DNA of 60,172 nt, counting the filler. It is 3 parts of 3 records of this genome, joined end to end, with 100 filler letters (N's around TTAATTAATTAA, not from the genome) between each part and the next. Parts side by side here need not be neighbours in the genome. Positions count along the whole stretch, not along the records: positions 24,869 to 54,422 come from DRR723986_18151; positions 54,523 to 60,172 come from DRR723986_18157; 1 more part is not named here. The stretch is one strand, 5' to 3'. Below the pieces are notes generated by a model. It saw nothing but the letters and a program-made list of their open reading frames with translations, searched no databases and had not been told where the DNA came from. A program made the position numbers and the translations under genes. Below, in pieces: positions 51,647 through 60,172 of the stretch; positions within the stretch are counted from its first letter, which is position 1; each line of letters begins with the position of its first letter.

Positions 51647-52933
51647 ATGGATTACTTAAGAGGGGTCTTTGGACTGGCCGTCATCGTTTTGGTGGCTTTT
51701 ATTTTTTCAAGCAATAGAAAGAAAATCGACTGGAGATTAGTTGGAATCGGAATTTTGCTACAACTGGTTTTTGGCTTTTTGATTACCCAAGTTCCTGTTG
51801 TGGAAAGTGCTTTTGCGATGGTTAGCCGTGGGTTTGTAAAGTTTCTAAGCTTTAGTCGTGACGGGGCAGCATTTATTTTTGGCGACTTAGCTGGAGATAG
51901 CTATGGTTTCATTTTCGCTTTCCAGGTTCTTCCCACCATCATTTTCTTCTCCACTGTTTCTGCTGGATTGTATTACTTAGGAATACTTCAGAAAGTAGTT
52001 TTCGGAATAGCTTGGGTAATGGCTAGAACTATGAGGCTTTCTGGACCTGAAAGTTTGTCCGCTGCAGGAAATATCTTTCTAGGGCAAACAGAAGCTCCTT
52101 TGTTAGTTCGTCCATTTATCCCTCAAATGAGTAAATCTGAATTGATGTGCTTAATGACAGGGGGAATGGCGACTATTGCAGGTGGAGTTTTGGCTGGTTA
52201 TGTGGCCTTTCTAGGCGGTGACAGCTTAGAGGAGCAAAGTAGATTCGCAGCTTATCTTTTAGGTGCAAGTATCATGAACGCTCCAGCGGCGATTGTGATG
52301 TCCAAGATGTTTATTCCAGAGGTAGAAAAGGAAAGAGTGCAGGATAAGCTGGAGGTAAACGAAGAAGCGATGGGTGTAAATCTGATCGATGCCATGTCGA
52401 TTGGCGCTTCTGAGGGTCTTAAACTTGCGTTGAATGTGGGAGCAATGCTTTTGGCATTTATCGCAGTGATCGCAGCTGTCAATTATTTGTTGATGGGAAT
52501 TTTAGGTGATGTTACAGGATTAAATGAGTTTGTAGTAAGAACCACTGGAGGCCAGTTTCAGGGGTTTTCTTTGGAATATCTTTTTGGCCAGGTCTTCCGA
52601 GTATTTGCTTGGGTGATAGGAGTAGAGTGGGCAGATACGCTTCAAGTAGGGAGTTTACTAGGGCAAAAAACTGTGATCAATGAATTTGTTGCTTACCTCA
52701 GCCTTTCTGATATGAAGGAGATGGGTAGCTTGAGCGCCAAGTCAATAGTCATCGCTACTTATGCGCTGTGCGGATTCTCTAACTTTAGCTCTATAGCAAT
52801 TCAGTTAGGTGGAATCGCCATCATCGCTCCAAATCAACAAGCAAATATTAGCCGATTAGGACTTAAATCGCTGCTTGCTGCTTCGCTTGCTTGCCTGATG
52901 ACGGCTACGATTGCGGGGATGTTGTTTGGGTAG
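51647..52933 (+). CDS. CNT family Na+/H+ nucleoside transporter (NupC-like)
   Basis: FAFQVLPTIIFFS, IFLGQTEAPL, GGMATIAG, NEFVAY, LCGFSNFSS. Confidence 0.94.
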   Translation: MDYLRGVFGLAVIVLVAFIFSSNRKKIDWRLVGIGILLQLVFGFLITQVPVVESAFAMVSRGFVKFLSFSRDGAAFIFGDLAGDSYGFIFAFQVLPTIIFFSTVSAGLYYLGILQKVVFGIAWVMARTMRLSGPESLSAAGNIFLGQTEAPLLVRPFIPQMSKSELMCLMTGGMATIAGGVLAGYVAFLGGDSLEEQSRFAAYLLGASIMNAPAAIVMSKMFIPEVEKERVQDKLEVNEEAMGVNLIDAMSIGASEGLKLALNVGAMLLAFIAVIAAVNYLLMGILGDVTGLNEFVVRTTGGQFQGFSLEYLFGQVFRVFAWVIGVEWADTLQVGSLLGQKTVINEFVAYLSLSDMKEMGSLSAKSIVIATYALCGFSNFSSIAIQLGGIAIIAPNQQANISRLGLKSLLAASLACLMTATIAGMLFG

Positions 52934-52943
52934 ATAAATAAAA

Positions 52944-52992
52944 TTAGACTCAAGTATCAAGACGCAAGACTTTAGAATCTAGAGTCAAGAAT
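52944..52992 (+). repeat. Degenerate heptamer array, 7 units (consensus about CAAGACT)
   Basis: TTAGACT CAAGTAT CAAGACG CAAGACT TTAGAAT CTAGAGT CAAGAAT, 10 nt after the nupC stop. Confidence 0.7.
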
Positions 52993-53078
52993 TAGGGAAA
53001 TAAAGACGCTTTTTAATGTTGAAATGAACTACTCTTAACTATTTCATTTTCAGACAAATGTTGGGGGCTTAAAGGCTT

Positions 53079-53612
53079 ATGAAAAATGTGATGTTTTTTT
53101 TATTTGTTTTTGTAGGTAGTTTTTGTAGCCAAGCTCAAAACCTCGTGCGTTTACCTGCTTTTTACAATGGAATCGGGGTGATTTTTTCCGAAGAGGATAG
53201 GGTAGATTTGCAGCTTAATTTGGGAGGCTTTTATGAGCCTTCAGTTGAGGATGTTGAAAAATCAGAAGAAATATTATATGGGAATTTGTTGAATTATATG
53301 GAAGATAAGTTTTCCGCTATTCGTGAGAAATATCCCTTGACTCAAGATGAGGTTAATGAATGGAAAAAAGCAATCGAGGAAACAGATACAAAACGTCAAT
53401 ACCGGAACTTTAATAGACAATATGTCGGATTCATTAATGGTGAAGGTGAGAAACTTATTTACTTAAGGCTTTTAAATTTTAGTAAGTCAAAACAGGCTAA
53501 CAAATACTTTGAAAATTGGAAAGATGAAATAATTCTGGGATTCGGAGATTTTTATGAGGAAAATACTCGCGTTTTTGTGATAAACCTTAATCAGAATCAA
53601 ATCTTAAAATAG
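53079..53612 (+). CDS. Hypothetical secreted protein
   Basis: Signal-peptide-like N-terminus; RQYVGFIN..GEKLIY motif. Confidence 0.7.
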   Translation: MKNVMFFLFVFVGSFCSQAQNLVRLPAFYNGIGVIFSEEDRVDLQLNLGGFYEPSVEDVEKSEEILYGNLLNYMEDKFSAIREKYPLTQDEVNEWKKAIEETDTKRQYRNFNRQYVGFINGEGEKLIYLRLLNFSKSKQANKYFENWKDEIILGFGDFYEENTRVFVINLNQNQILK

Positions 53613-53775
53613 AATGGTAGAATTTTGTATTCATTGAAATCAGATTTTTTTTTCGATTTAGGGAATAACAAATTTGATCATTCAGAATTTATCATTCGTG
53701 TAGAAAGCTTTTTTTGATACAAAATAAGCGTAAAACCCCAAGAGCTATTTATCTAAATTTGGATATACTTTCTAT

Positions 53776-54028
53776 TTACCGATCGTGCCTTTAGCACTCT
53801 TGCGCACCTAATTTCTTGACCAAACCCCGAATTTCGCTTCGCTGTATTCGGGGCTTTTATTGTAATTGCCTTTGGCAATTTCTCAAGGTCTGAACGAAAT
53901 GGAAATGTTTAATAATAAGTTGGGTTCTAGTCTTGTGCCAACGGCACAACCAATATCAGCCCAGAATAAAATTCTGGGTTTAAAAGATATTCAAAGTTTG
54001 TTCAGAGTGCCAAAGGCACGATCAGTAA
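53776..54028. repeat. Pair of inverted REP-like composite palindromic elements
   Basis: 53781-53800 matches the reverse complement of 54004-54023 at 19/20. Each half carries two GCC-N3-GGC-type mini-hairpins around a CCC.GAAT..ATTC.GGG hairpin. Confidence 0.7.
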
Positions 54029-54256
54029 CAAGATCCAGCTTCTAGTGTGTGAAACGAGTTGCGGTTGAACAAGCATTTCCAGCAATAGAAAAAATTCACC
54101 AACCTTAGGCTTTGCGCTTTCTTCGTGGTCTTCGTGGCTAAAAATAGAAATCTATCAAAAAAGGCGGTAAATTGAATCCATCAGGATCCAACTTACCACC
54201 TCTCACTTTTTACCTCTTACAAAAACACTACTTACAAATCATACAACTTACAGTAG

Positions 54257-54422
54257 TTACTTATCTCCGTAAAGCTTTTTCCCCGCTTCTTCATACTTAT
54301 CACCGGCAACCCACATTGGTTGATCAGCAGCGTTGGCGATATTTTGCGCAGCAAGGATAAATGATTTCCAGTATAGCGTCACATAATCCAGATCCATGGA
54401 ATCCACGTGATCACCAGCTTTG
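54257..54422 (-). CDS. 3' end of a gene cut by the contig end (possibly an M28 peptidase C-terminus)
   Basis: Manual translation KAGDHVDSMDLDYVTLYWKSFILAAQNIANAADQPMWVAGDKYEEAGKKLYGDK-stop. Confidence 0.55.
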
Positions 54423-54522
54423 NNNNNNNNNNNNNNNNNNNNNNNNNNNNNNNNNNNNNNNNNNNNTTAATTAATTAANNNNNNNNNNNNNNNNNNNNNN
54501 NNNNNNNNNNNNNNNNNNNNNN
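54423..54522. other. Artificial contig linker
   Basis: N44-TTAATTAATTAA-N44; GC content jumps sharply across it. Confidence 0.98.
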
Positions 54523-54571
54523 GCACATGGAAATGCGCGGCCGGATGTTTGTTGAACCACGGGCAAGCTAA
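54523..54571 (+). CDS. nosZ: C-terminal fragment of nitrous oxide reductase
   Basis: HMEMRGRMFVEPRAS-stop, the tail of the CuA motif (HxxM), 11 nt before nosD. Confidence 0.9.
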
Positions 54572-54582
54572 GGCAGCCTAAA

Positions 54583-55848
54583 ATGAAACGGATGGCCCTC
54601 GTCCTTACAAGCATTCTGTGTCTGGCGCTGCCGGTGTCTGCCTTTGCGGCAGATATTCCGGTGGCACCGGGGCAGGGCAGCTTGGCCGGGGCCATCCGAA
54701 CCGCTGACGCCGGGGACCGGCTGATCTTGCAGGCCGGCACCTATGGCGGCGGCGTAACACTGGATCAAACGCTGTCTATTGTCGGACAGAACGGGACAGA
54801 GGTGATCGGTCCCGATGAGGGGTCTGTGATCACCGTGAATGCGCCCGACGTAACCATCTCTGGCCTGACCATTCGCGGCTCCGGGTCGGACCACCAGAAC
54901 ATCGACAGCGGCGTGCAACTGACCAAAAAGGCCAAGGGCGCCCAGATCATAGACAACCGTTTTGAGGGCAACCTCTACGGGGTGGACGTGCACGGCGCCA
55001 AGAACGCGCTGGTCGAGAACAATACAATCATTGGCCGCCGTGACCGCCTGATGAACCGCCGCGGCAATGGCATCTATATCTGGAATGCGCCGGGCACAAA
55101 GGTGGTCGGCAATTCCGTTCGCTATGGGCGGGACGGAATTTTTGTGAACTCCAGCCGCAAAAACGTGTTTTCGAACAACCGGTTCGAGGATCTGCGCTTT
55201 GCGGTGCATTACATGTATGCGGACAACACCGAAGTATCCGGCAACATTTCGATCGGCAATCACCTCGGCTTTGCCATCATGTTCAGCACACGGGTCAAGG
55301 TGATCGGCAACACCTCTATCCGTGACCGCGACCACGGCATCATGCTGAACTACGCCAATTCATCGGTGATCAAGGACAACATCGTGCGAGGGGGCGGCGA
55401 AAAATGCCTTTTCATGTACAATGCCAACAAGAACAAACTGCTGAACAACACCTTCGAGAAATGTCAAATCGGCATTCATTTCACTGCTGGATCGGACCGC
55501 AATACCATTGCCGGAAACGCCTTTGTCGGCAGTAAGACCCAGGTCAAGTATGTCGGTACCAAAGACCATGTCTGGACCGGCAATTACTGGAGCGATCACA
55601 GCGCCTATGATGTCAACGGCGACGGCATCGCGGATCAGGCGTTCCGCCCCAACGACGCGATGGATCACATCCTGTGGACACAGCCTTCGGCCAAACTGCT
55701 GCTGGGCAGTCCTGCGATCCAGTTGATCCGCTGGGCGCAAAAAGAGTTTCCCGCGCTTTTGCCCGGCGGTGTGGTTGATGACGCCCCCCTGATGAACCCG
55801 CCGCCGCAGCCCGCAGCCCCTCTCGTACAACAGGCCTCCCTCAGATGA
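54583..55848 (+). CDS. nosD: Nitrous oxide reductase maturation protein NosD
   Basis: Beta-helix repeats, RGNGIYIWN, GRDGIF, LRFAVHYMY, GNYWSD, LLLGSPA. Confidence 0.96.
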   Translation: MKRMALVLTSILCLALPVSAFAADIPVAPGQGSLAGAIRTADAGDRLILQAGTYGGGVTLDQTLSIVGQNGTEVIGPDEGSVITVNAPDVTISGLTIRGSGSDHQNIDSGVQLTKKAKGAQIIDNRFEGNLYGVDVHGAKNALVENNTIIGRRDRLMNRRGNGIYIWNAPGTKVVGNSVRYGRDGIFVNSSRKNVFSNNRFEDLRFAVHYMYADNTEVSGNISIGNHLGFAIMFSTRVKVIGNTSIRDRDHGIMLNYANSSVIKDNIVRGGGEKCLFMYNANKNKLLNNTFEKCQIGIHFTAGSDRNTIAGNAFVGSKTQVKYVGTKDHVWTGNYWSDHSAYDVNGDGIADQAFRPNDAMDHILWTQPSAKLLLGSPAIQLIRWAQKEFPALLPGGVVDDAPLMNPPPQPAAPLVQQASLR

Positions 55849-56747
55849 CCTCCTTGCTCAATATCTCCAACGTTTCCATGTGCTTTGCCCACCGCGACGT
55901 GCTGTCAGATGTCTCCTTTGATGTCGCACCGGGTGAACGGGTGGCCCTGCTGGGCCACAATGGCGCGGGTAAAACCACGCTCTTTCGCATCATATTGGGG
56001 TTCTTGAACCCGAGCGCAGGACAGATCACAGTAAACGGCGCTGTGCCCGGTACGGCTGCGGCCCGCAACGCGGTGTCCTACCTGCCAGAAAGCGTGTCAT
56101 TCCCCAAGCTTTTGACAGGCCGGGAAACAGTCGCCTTCTATGCCAAGCTGAAGGGCGTCGCGCCCGCTGCGGTGGATCAGGTGTTGGCGGATGTGGACCT
56201 GACGGATGCCGCAGATCAACGGTGCGGCACCTATTCCAAAGGCATGCGGCAGCGGCTTGGCCTTGCGCAGGCGATGCTGGGCGATCCCAAACTGCTTTTG
56301 CTGGATGAGCCAACCTCGGGGTTGGACCCATTGGCGCGGCAAAGGTTCTACCACCTGATATCAAAAATGGCGGACCGGGGCACAGCGGTTTTGCTGTCCT
56401 CTCACGGTCTCAGCGAGATCGAAGCGCGCACCGACCGCGTCGCCATCCTGCGCAAAGGAAAGCTGGTGGCGGATGCTCCCCTGACCGATCTGCAACATTC
56501 CGCGAACCTGCCGCTGCGCATTCGGGTACAGGCCGACACGGCCCATGTCGATACAGTGCATCAGCAGATGGGCGGCCAGCGGATCAACGGTGCCACGGTC
56601 GAACTGGAATGCCGCTATCCCGAAAAGATGCAGCGGCTGTCGGCCATCTCGGCTCTCGGCACAGCCGTCCGTGATGTCGAAGTTTATCCGCCAAGCCTTG
56701 ACGACATTTACCGCCATTATTCGGCCGGCAAGGAGACAAAACAATGA
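55845..56747 (+). CDS. nosF: ABC ATPase NosF
   Basis: GHNGAGKTT, YSKGMRQRLG, LDEPTSGLD; ATGA overlap with nosD. Confidence 0.93.
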   Translation: MTSLLNISNVSMCFAHRDVLSDVSFDVAPGERVALLGHNGAGKTTLFRIILGFLNPSAGQITVNGAVPGTAAARNAVSYLPESVSFPKLLTGRETVAFYAKLKGVAPAAVDQVLADVDLTDAADQRCGTYSKGMRQRLGLAQAMLGDPKLLLLDEPTSGLDPLARQRFYHLISKMADRGTAVLLSSHGLSEIEARTDRVAILRKGKLVADAPLTDLQHSANLPLRIRVQADTAHVDTVHQQMGGQRINGATVELECRYPEKMQRLSAISALGTAVRDVEVYPPSLDDIYRHYSAGKETKQ

Positions 56748-57574
56748 GCGGCCTGATCGCCATCGCCCGGAACGAAGTGCGCATCGGAATGCGCAACAAA
56801 TGGATCATGTTGGCCACAGCGATCTTGCTGGTGTTTGCGCTGTTGCTGGTGCTTCTTGGCTCTGGCCCCGCCACATCCAGCAGCACGGACGGATTGACGA
56901 TCATCTCCGCCAGCCTCGCCACCCTGTCGGTCTATCTGGTGCCGTTGATCGCATTGCTGCTGTCATTTGACGCGATTGCCGGTGAAATTGATCGCGGGAC
57001 TTTGCAACTGACCCTTGCCAGTCCGGTCAGCCGCGCGGCGGTGGTGCTGGGCAAGTTTCTGGGCCATGTCATTGTGTTGTCCATTGCGGTGATGATTGGC
57101 TATGGCCTGGCCGGGCTGTGCGCCTTTGTTGCCATCGAAAACGTCGCCGCCGAAGGCGTGTTGGATCTGGCTCGGGTGGTTGGCACAAGCATTGCATTGG
57201 GCGCAACATTTGTTGCCATCGGATATGTCGCCAGCGCTTGCGTGCGCCAAACCGGGACGGCGGCGGCTCTGGCCATTGCGATCTGGCTTTTTGCGGTGGT
57301 GCTGTATGATATGGCGCTGCTGGGCGGCTTGCTGGCCGATCCCGAAGGGATCTTTGCCACTGATCTGTTTCCCTATCTTCTGGTGGCCAATCCGGCGGAC
57401 GCGTTCCGCCTGTTTAACCTCACAGCTCTGGATGCAGCTGGCGCCAGCACTGGTTTTGCGGCCGGCGGTGACGTTCTGCCCTTCGCGCCGCAATTTGCCA
57501 TCGCCAGCCCGTTTATCTGGATCGCCGCCGCGCTTGCCTTGACCGTTGTGATGATGCGGAGGATCAAACCATGA
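56744..57574 (+). CDS. nosY: ABC permease NosY
   Basis: YLVPLIALL..DAIAGEIDRGTL, NPADAFRL; multiple TM helices. Confidence 0.93.
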   Translation: MSGLIAIARNEVRIGMRNKWIMLATAILLVFALLLVLLGSGPATSSSTDGLTIISASLATLSVYLVPLIALLLSFDAIAGEIDRGTLQLTLASPVSRAAVVLGKFLGHVIVLSIAVMIGYGLAGLCAFVAIENVAAEGVLDLARVVGTSIALGATFVAIGYVASACVRQTGTAAALAIAIWLFAVVLYDMALLGGLLADPEGIFATDLFPYLLVANPADAFRLFNLTALDAAGASTGFAAGGDVLPFAPQFAIASPFIWIAAALALTVVMMRRIKP

Positions 57575-58098
57575 GACAGCATTTGAAATGGACCGCATTG
57601 GCCCTCTGTGCCTGTGCCGCCCTCGTGGGCTGCAAGGAAGAGCAAGCCGCCGAACGCCCCATCGCCATCGCCATGACCGAAGAGGCGGTTGGCCATTATT
57701 GCAACATGACCATTCTGGAACACACCGGACCCAAAGCGCAGATCCACCTCAAGGGCATCCCGTTCCCGATCTGGTTCTCGCAGGTGCGTGACGCCATCGC
57801 CTTTACCCGCTTGCCCGAAGAGACGCAGGAACCTGTGGCGATCTACGTCAACGACATGGGTCGCGCGGCAGATTGGGATTTTCCCGCAGACGACACCTGG
57901 ATCGACCTTTATGAGGCGTTCTTTGTGATCGAAAGCACCCGCACCGGCAGCATGGGCGCGCCCGAAGCCGTACCGTTCAGCACGCAGGCCGCCGCAAATG
58001 ATTTTGCCCAGACCCATGGCGGCCGTGTGCTGCAACTCGATCAGATCCCGGACGACTATGTGCTGGGCCCGGTTGAACTGGGTTTTCAGGATTCTTAA
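57571..58098 (+). CDS. nosL: Copper chaperone lipoprotein NosL
   Basis: Lipobox LVGC, GHYCNM..H.GPKAQI, GSMGAPEAVPF. Confidence 0.94.
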   Translation: MRQHLKWTALALCACAALVGCKEEQAAERPIAIAMTEEAVGHYCNMTILEHTGPKAQIHLKGIPFPIWFSQVRDAIAFTRLPEETQEPVAIYVNDMGRAADWDFPADDTWIDLYEAFFVIESTRTGSMGAPEAVPFSTQAAANDFAQTHGGRVLQLDQIPDDYVLGPVELGFQDS

Positions 58099-58116
58099 GA
58101 TAGAAGGACGCAGGCT

Positions 58117-59070
58117 ATGACTGTTTCACGCCGCCGATTTATCACAATCACCGCTGGTTTTGCTTTGGCCTCAGGACAGGCCAGTGCCGCCCAAGCCACG
58201 GCGGATTGGCAAGGCGTTGCATTGGGTGCACGGGTGCAGCTGCGGCTGGTCGGGCTTGATCAGGACCATGCCGCGCATCTGATTGATATCACCCGCAATG
58301 AGCTGTTGCGTCTGGAAAAACTCTTTAGCCTTTATCAACCCGGCAGCGCCTTGTCGCAGTTGAACGCCGAGGGGCGTTTGCAAGCGCCGCCGCCTGAAAT
58401 GTTGGAGCTCTTGGCGCAGGTCGGTGCGATCCACCGCGCCACGGATGGCCTTTTTGACCCGACCATTCAACCGCTCTGGACCGCCTATGCCAATGCCAAG
58501 GGCACGCCCACACCGGACACAATTGCGGCCGCCCATGCCAAGATCAGCTGGGAAAAAGTCCGCTTTGGCGCGGGCGAAATCTCCTTTGACCAAGAGGGCA
58601 TGCAACTGACCCTCAATGGCATCGCGCAGGGCTATATCACCGACCGCATCACCGCATTGCTGCGCAGCAATGGCGTGACAGATGCCGTGGTCGATATGGG
58701 TGAGGTTTCTGCGATGGGGCAGGGGCCGGACCAGGAACCGTGGCGCATTGGTCTGGCTGAGAAAAGTGATCAACCGGCGGCGCAGTCTATCCGGCTGAGC
58801 AATAAATCGGTGGCAACATCTGCGCCGCAGGGCATGACAATCGCCGGACAGGCCAGCCATATTCTAGATCCCAGAACCGGCAATCCCGCCCCGCAGTATT
58901 GGAGCCGTGTCAGCGTGATCCATCCATCCGCAGCGATTGCCGATGGCCTCTCAACCGCCGCGAGCCTGATGCAGGCCGATCAAATGCGCAGTTGTATCAA
59001 AGGCTTCGCTTGCGTTGACATCATCGCCGCCGGGCCGGAAGGGCGTCAGCTGCGCCTGCGTGTGACCTGA
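58117..59070 (+). CDS. nosX: FAD:protein FMN transferase NosX (ApbE family)
   Basis: Tat signal SRRRF, FDPTIQPLW, NGIAQGY, HILDPRTG, ADGLSTA. Confidence 0.92.
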   Translation: MTVSRRRFITITAGFALASGQASAAQATADWQGVALGARVQLRLVGLDQDHAAHLIDITRNELLRLEKLFSLYQPGSALSQLNAEGRLQAPPPEMLELLAQVGAIHRATDGLFDPTIQPLWTAYANAKGTPTPDTIAAAHAKISWEKVRFGAGEISFDQEGMQLTLNGIAQGYITDRITALLRSNGVTDAVVDMGEVSAMGQGPDQEPWRIGLAEKSDQPAAQSIRLSNKSVATSAPQGMTIAGQASHILDPRTGNPAPQYWSRVSVIHPSAAIADGLSTAASLMQADQMRSCIKGFACVDIIAAGPEGRQLRLRVT

Positions 59071-59073
59071 CGT

Positions 59074-60172
59074 TCAGATATCCTTCACCAACCTCAACGC
59101 GTCATAGATCGCCACGTGGGTGTTGCGGGCTGACACAGCATCGCCAATCCGAAACAGTTGAAACTGCCCCTCTGAGTTGGCTGTGATCCCTTGCGGTTGC
59201 CCCGCGATCAGCGCGTCATAATCCACCGCGCCACCGTTGGAGGACAGCGGTTTGAGATCGAAATAAAGATCATCCAATGGCAAGGTGCCGTAGTTCAGGA
59301 CCACCTGATCAAAGTCTTTCTCATAGGTGTGATCGGAATAATCCGTCCCGATGGTGGCCCGCATCTTGTTCCCCGCAGGGGCCACGTCGACCAGGCGGCG
59401 GGTAACCGTAAAGATCACATCCTTGTCCTGAAGGCTACGCATATAGGGCACAAGATTCATGCCCATCACCTCGGGGGCAAAGCTACGATCGGGGGTCATG
59501 ATCTCAACCTCCGCGCCACTTTGTGCCGCAACTTCGGCGGCTTGAAGCGCAGGGTGATCGCCGCTTTCGTCATAGATCAGAACATGCCCTGCAGGTTTCA
59601 CATCGCCCGAGATCAGATCCCAACTGGTGATCACATGCGGGGCCTCGCGGCCGGTTTCAAACAGCTCGGTGTTGGGAAGGCCGCCCGTGGCAACAATCAC
59701 CACATCGGGGTTCAGCGCAATGACATCCGCCGTCTCCGCCCAAGTGTTGAAGTGGAAGGTCACATCCCGCGCCGCGCATTGCGCCATGCGCCAATCAATG
59801 ATGCCGATCATCTCGCGCCGCCGATGCGACTGCGCGGTCAGCCGGACCTGCCCGCCGGGGTCTGCGGCGGCCTCAAACACGGTTACCTGATGACCGCGCA
59901 TCGCGGCCACGCGGGCCGCTTCCAATCCGGCAGGGCCAGCCCCGATGATCACCACTTTGCGCGGCTGCAGCGCGGGGGCAATATCATGCGGCATGGTCAA
60001 TTCGCGCCCCGTGGCGGCATTGTGGATACACAGGGCCTCGCCCGCCTGATAAATCCTGTCCAGACAATAGGTTGCCCCAACGCAGGGGCGAATGTCATCC
60101 TCGCGCCCTTCGGTGATTTTGCGCACAATGTGCGGGTCCGCCATATGGGCGCGGGTCATGCCGACCATGTCC
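59074..60172 (-). CDS. NADH:flavin oxidoreductase, N-methylproline demethylase (StcD/HpbA)-like; 5' part outside the window
   Basis: GMTRAHMADP, RPCVGATYC..CIHN Fe-S motif, IGAGPAGLEAA, IGDAVSARN. Confidence 0.85.
   Translation of the reverse strand, partial: DMVGMTRAHMADPHIVRKITEGREDDIRPCVGATYCLDRIYQAGEALCIHNAATGRELTMPHDIAPALQPRKVVIIGAGPAGLEAARVAAMRGHQVTVFEAAADPGGQVRLTAQSHRRREMIGIIDWRMAQCAARDVTFHFNTWAETADVIALNPDVVIVATGGLPNTELFETGREAPHVITSWDLISGDVKPAGHVLIYDESGDHPALQAAEVAAQSGAEVEIMTPDRSFAPEVMGMNLVPYMRSLQDKDVIFTVTRRLVDVAPAGNKMRATIGTDYSDHTYEKDFDQVVLNYGTLPLDDLYFDLKPLSSNGGAVDYDALIAGQPQGITANSEGQFQLFRIGDAVSARNTHVAIYDALRLVKDI

Noticed and set aside
54568-59890. Many long overlapping or antisense ORFs (e.g. 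54568-55335, 56963-57598, 57373-58035, 58171-58860)
   Set aside because: Shadow ORFs expected in GC-rich DNA opposite well-supported nos genes; no recognisable motifs.
54523-60172. Horizontal transfer of a nos island into the Bacteroidota genome
   Set aside because: The junction is an artificial linker, with no mobility genes or contiguous host DNA. A mixed assembly is the simpler explanation.

Overview
The window is three contigs joined by 100-nt artificial linkers (N44-TTAATTAATTAA-N44 at 24769-24868 and 54423-54522). Contig 1 (1-24768) is AT-rich and Bacteroidota-like (probably Cyclobacteriaceae/Algoriphagus-type). It holds a minus-strand polysaccharide utilisation locus (PUL): ECF sigma, FecR, SusC, SusD, a second SusC and SusD, and a lipoprotein. 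Upstream lie three esterases, a GH95 glycosidase, a two-dehydrogenase module resembling L-galactose/L-fucose oxidation, and a divergent LacI with a palindromic operator. Next come two very AT-rich PD-(D/E)XK nuclease genes bounded by attC/attI-like sites, forming an integron-like cassette array with no integrase in view. Contig 2 (24869-54422) is Bacteroidota housekeeping DNA: rfbA, pcm, riboflavin synthase, ferritin, peptidases, gluQ-like, exonuclease, Mur ligase, dnaB, etfBA and nupC. It includes an otherwise unassigned protein with a full PI3K/HipA-like kinase motif set. Contig 3 (54523-60172) is GC-rich and Rhodobacteraceae-like, with the 3' end of nosZ, nosDFYLX and a partial NADH:flavin oxidoreductase; it is almost certainly from a different organism. 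Best leads: the integron-like nuclease cassette array, the cryptic kinase, a predicted antisense sRNA opposite the susC leader, and AGAC-core heptamer arrays. All family assignments are by eye from motifs; no searches were run.
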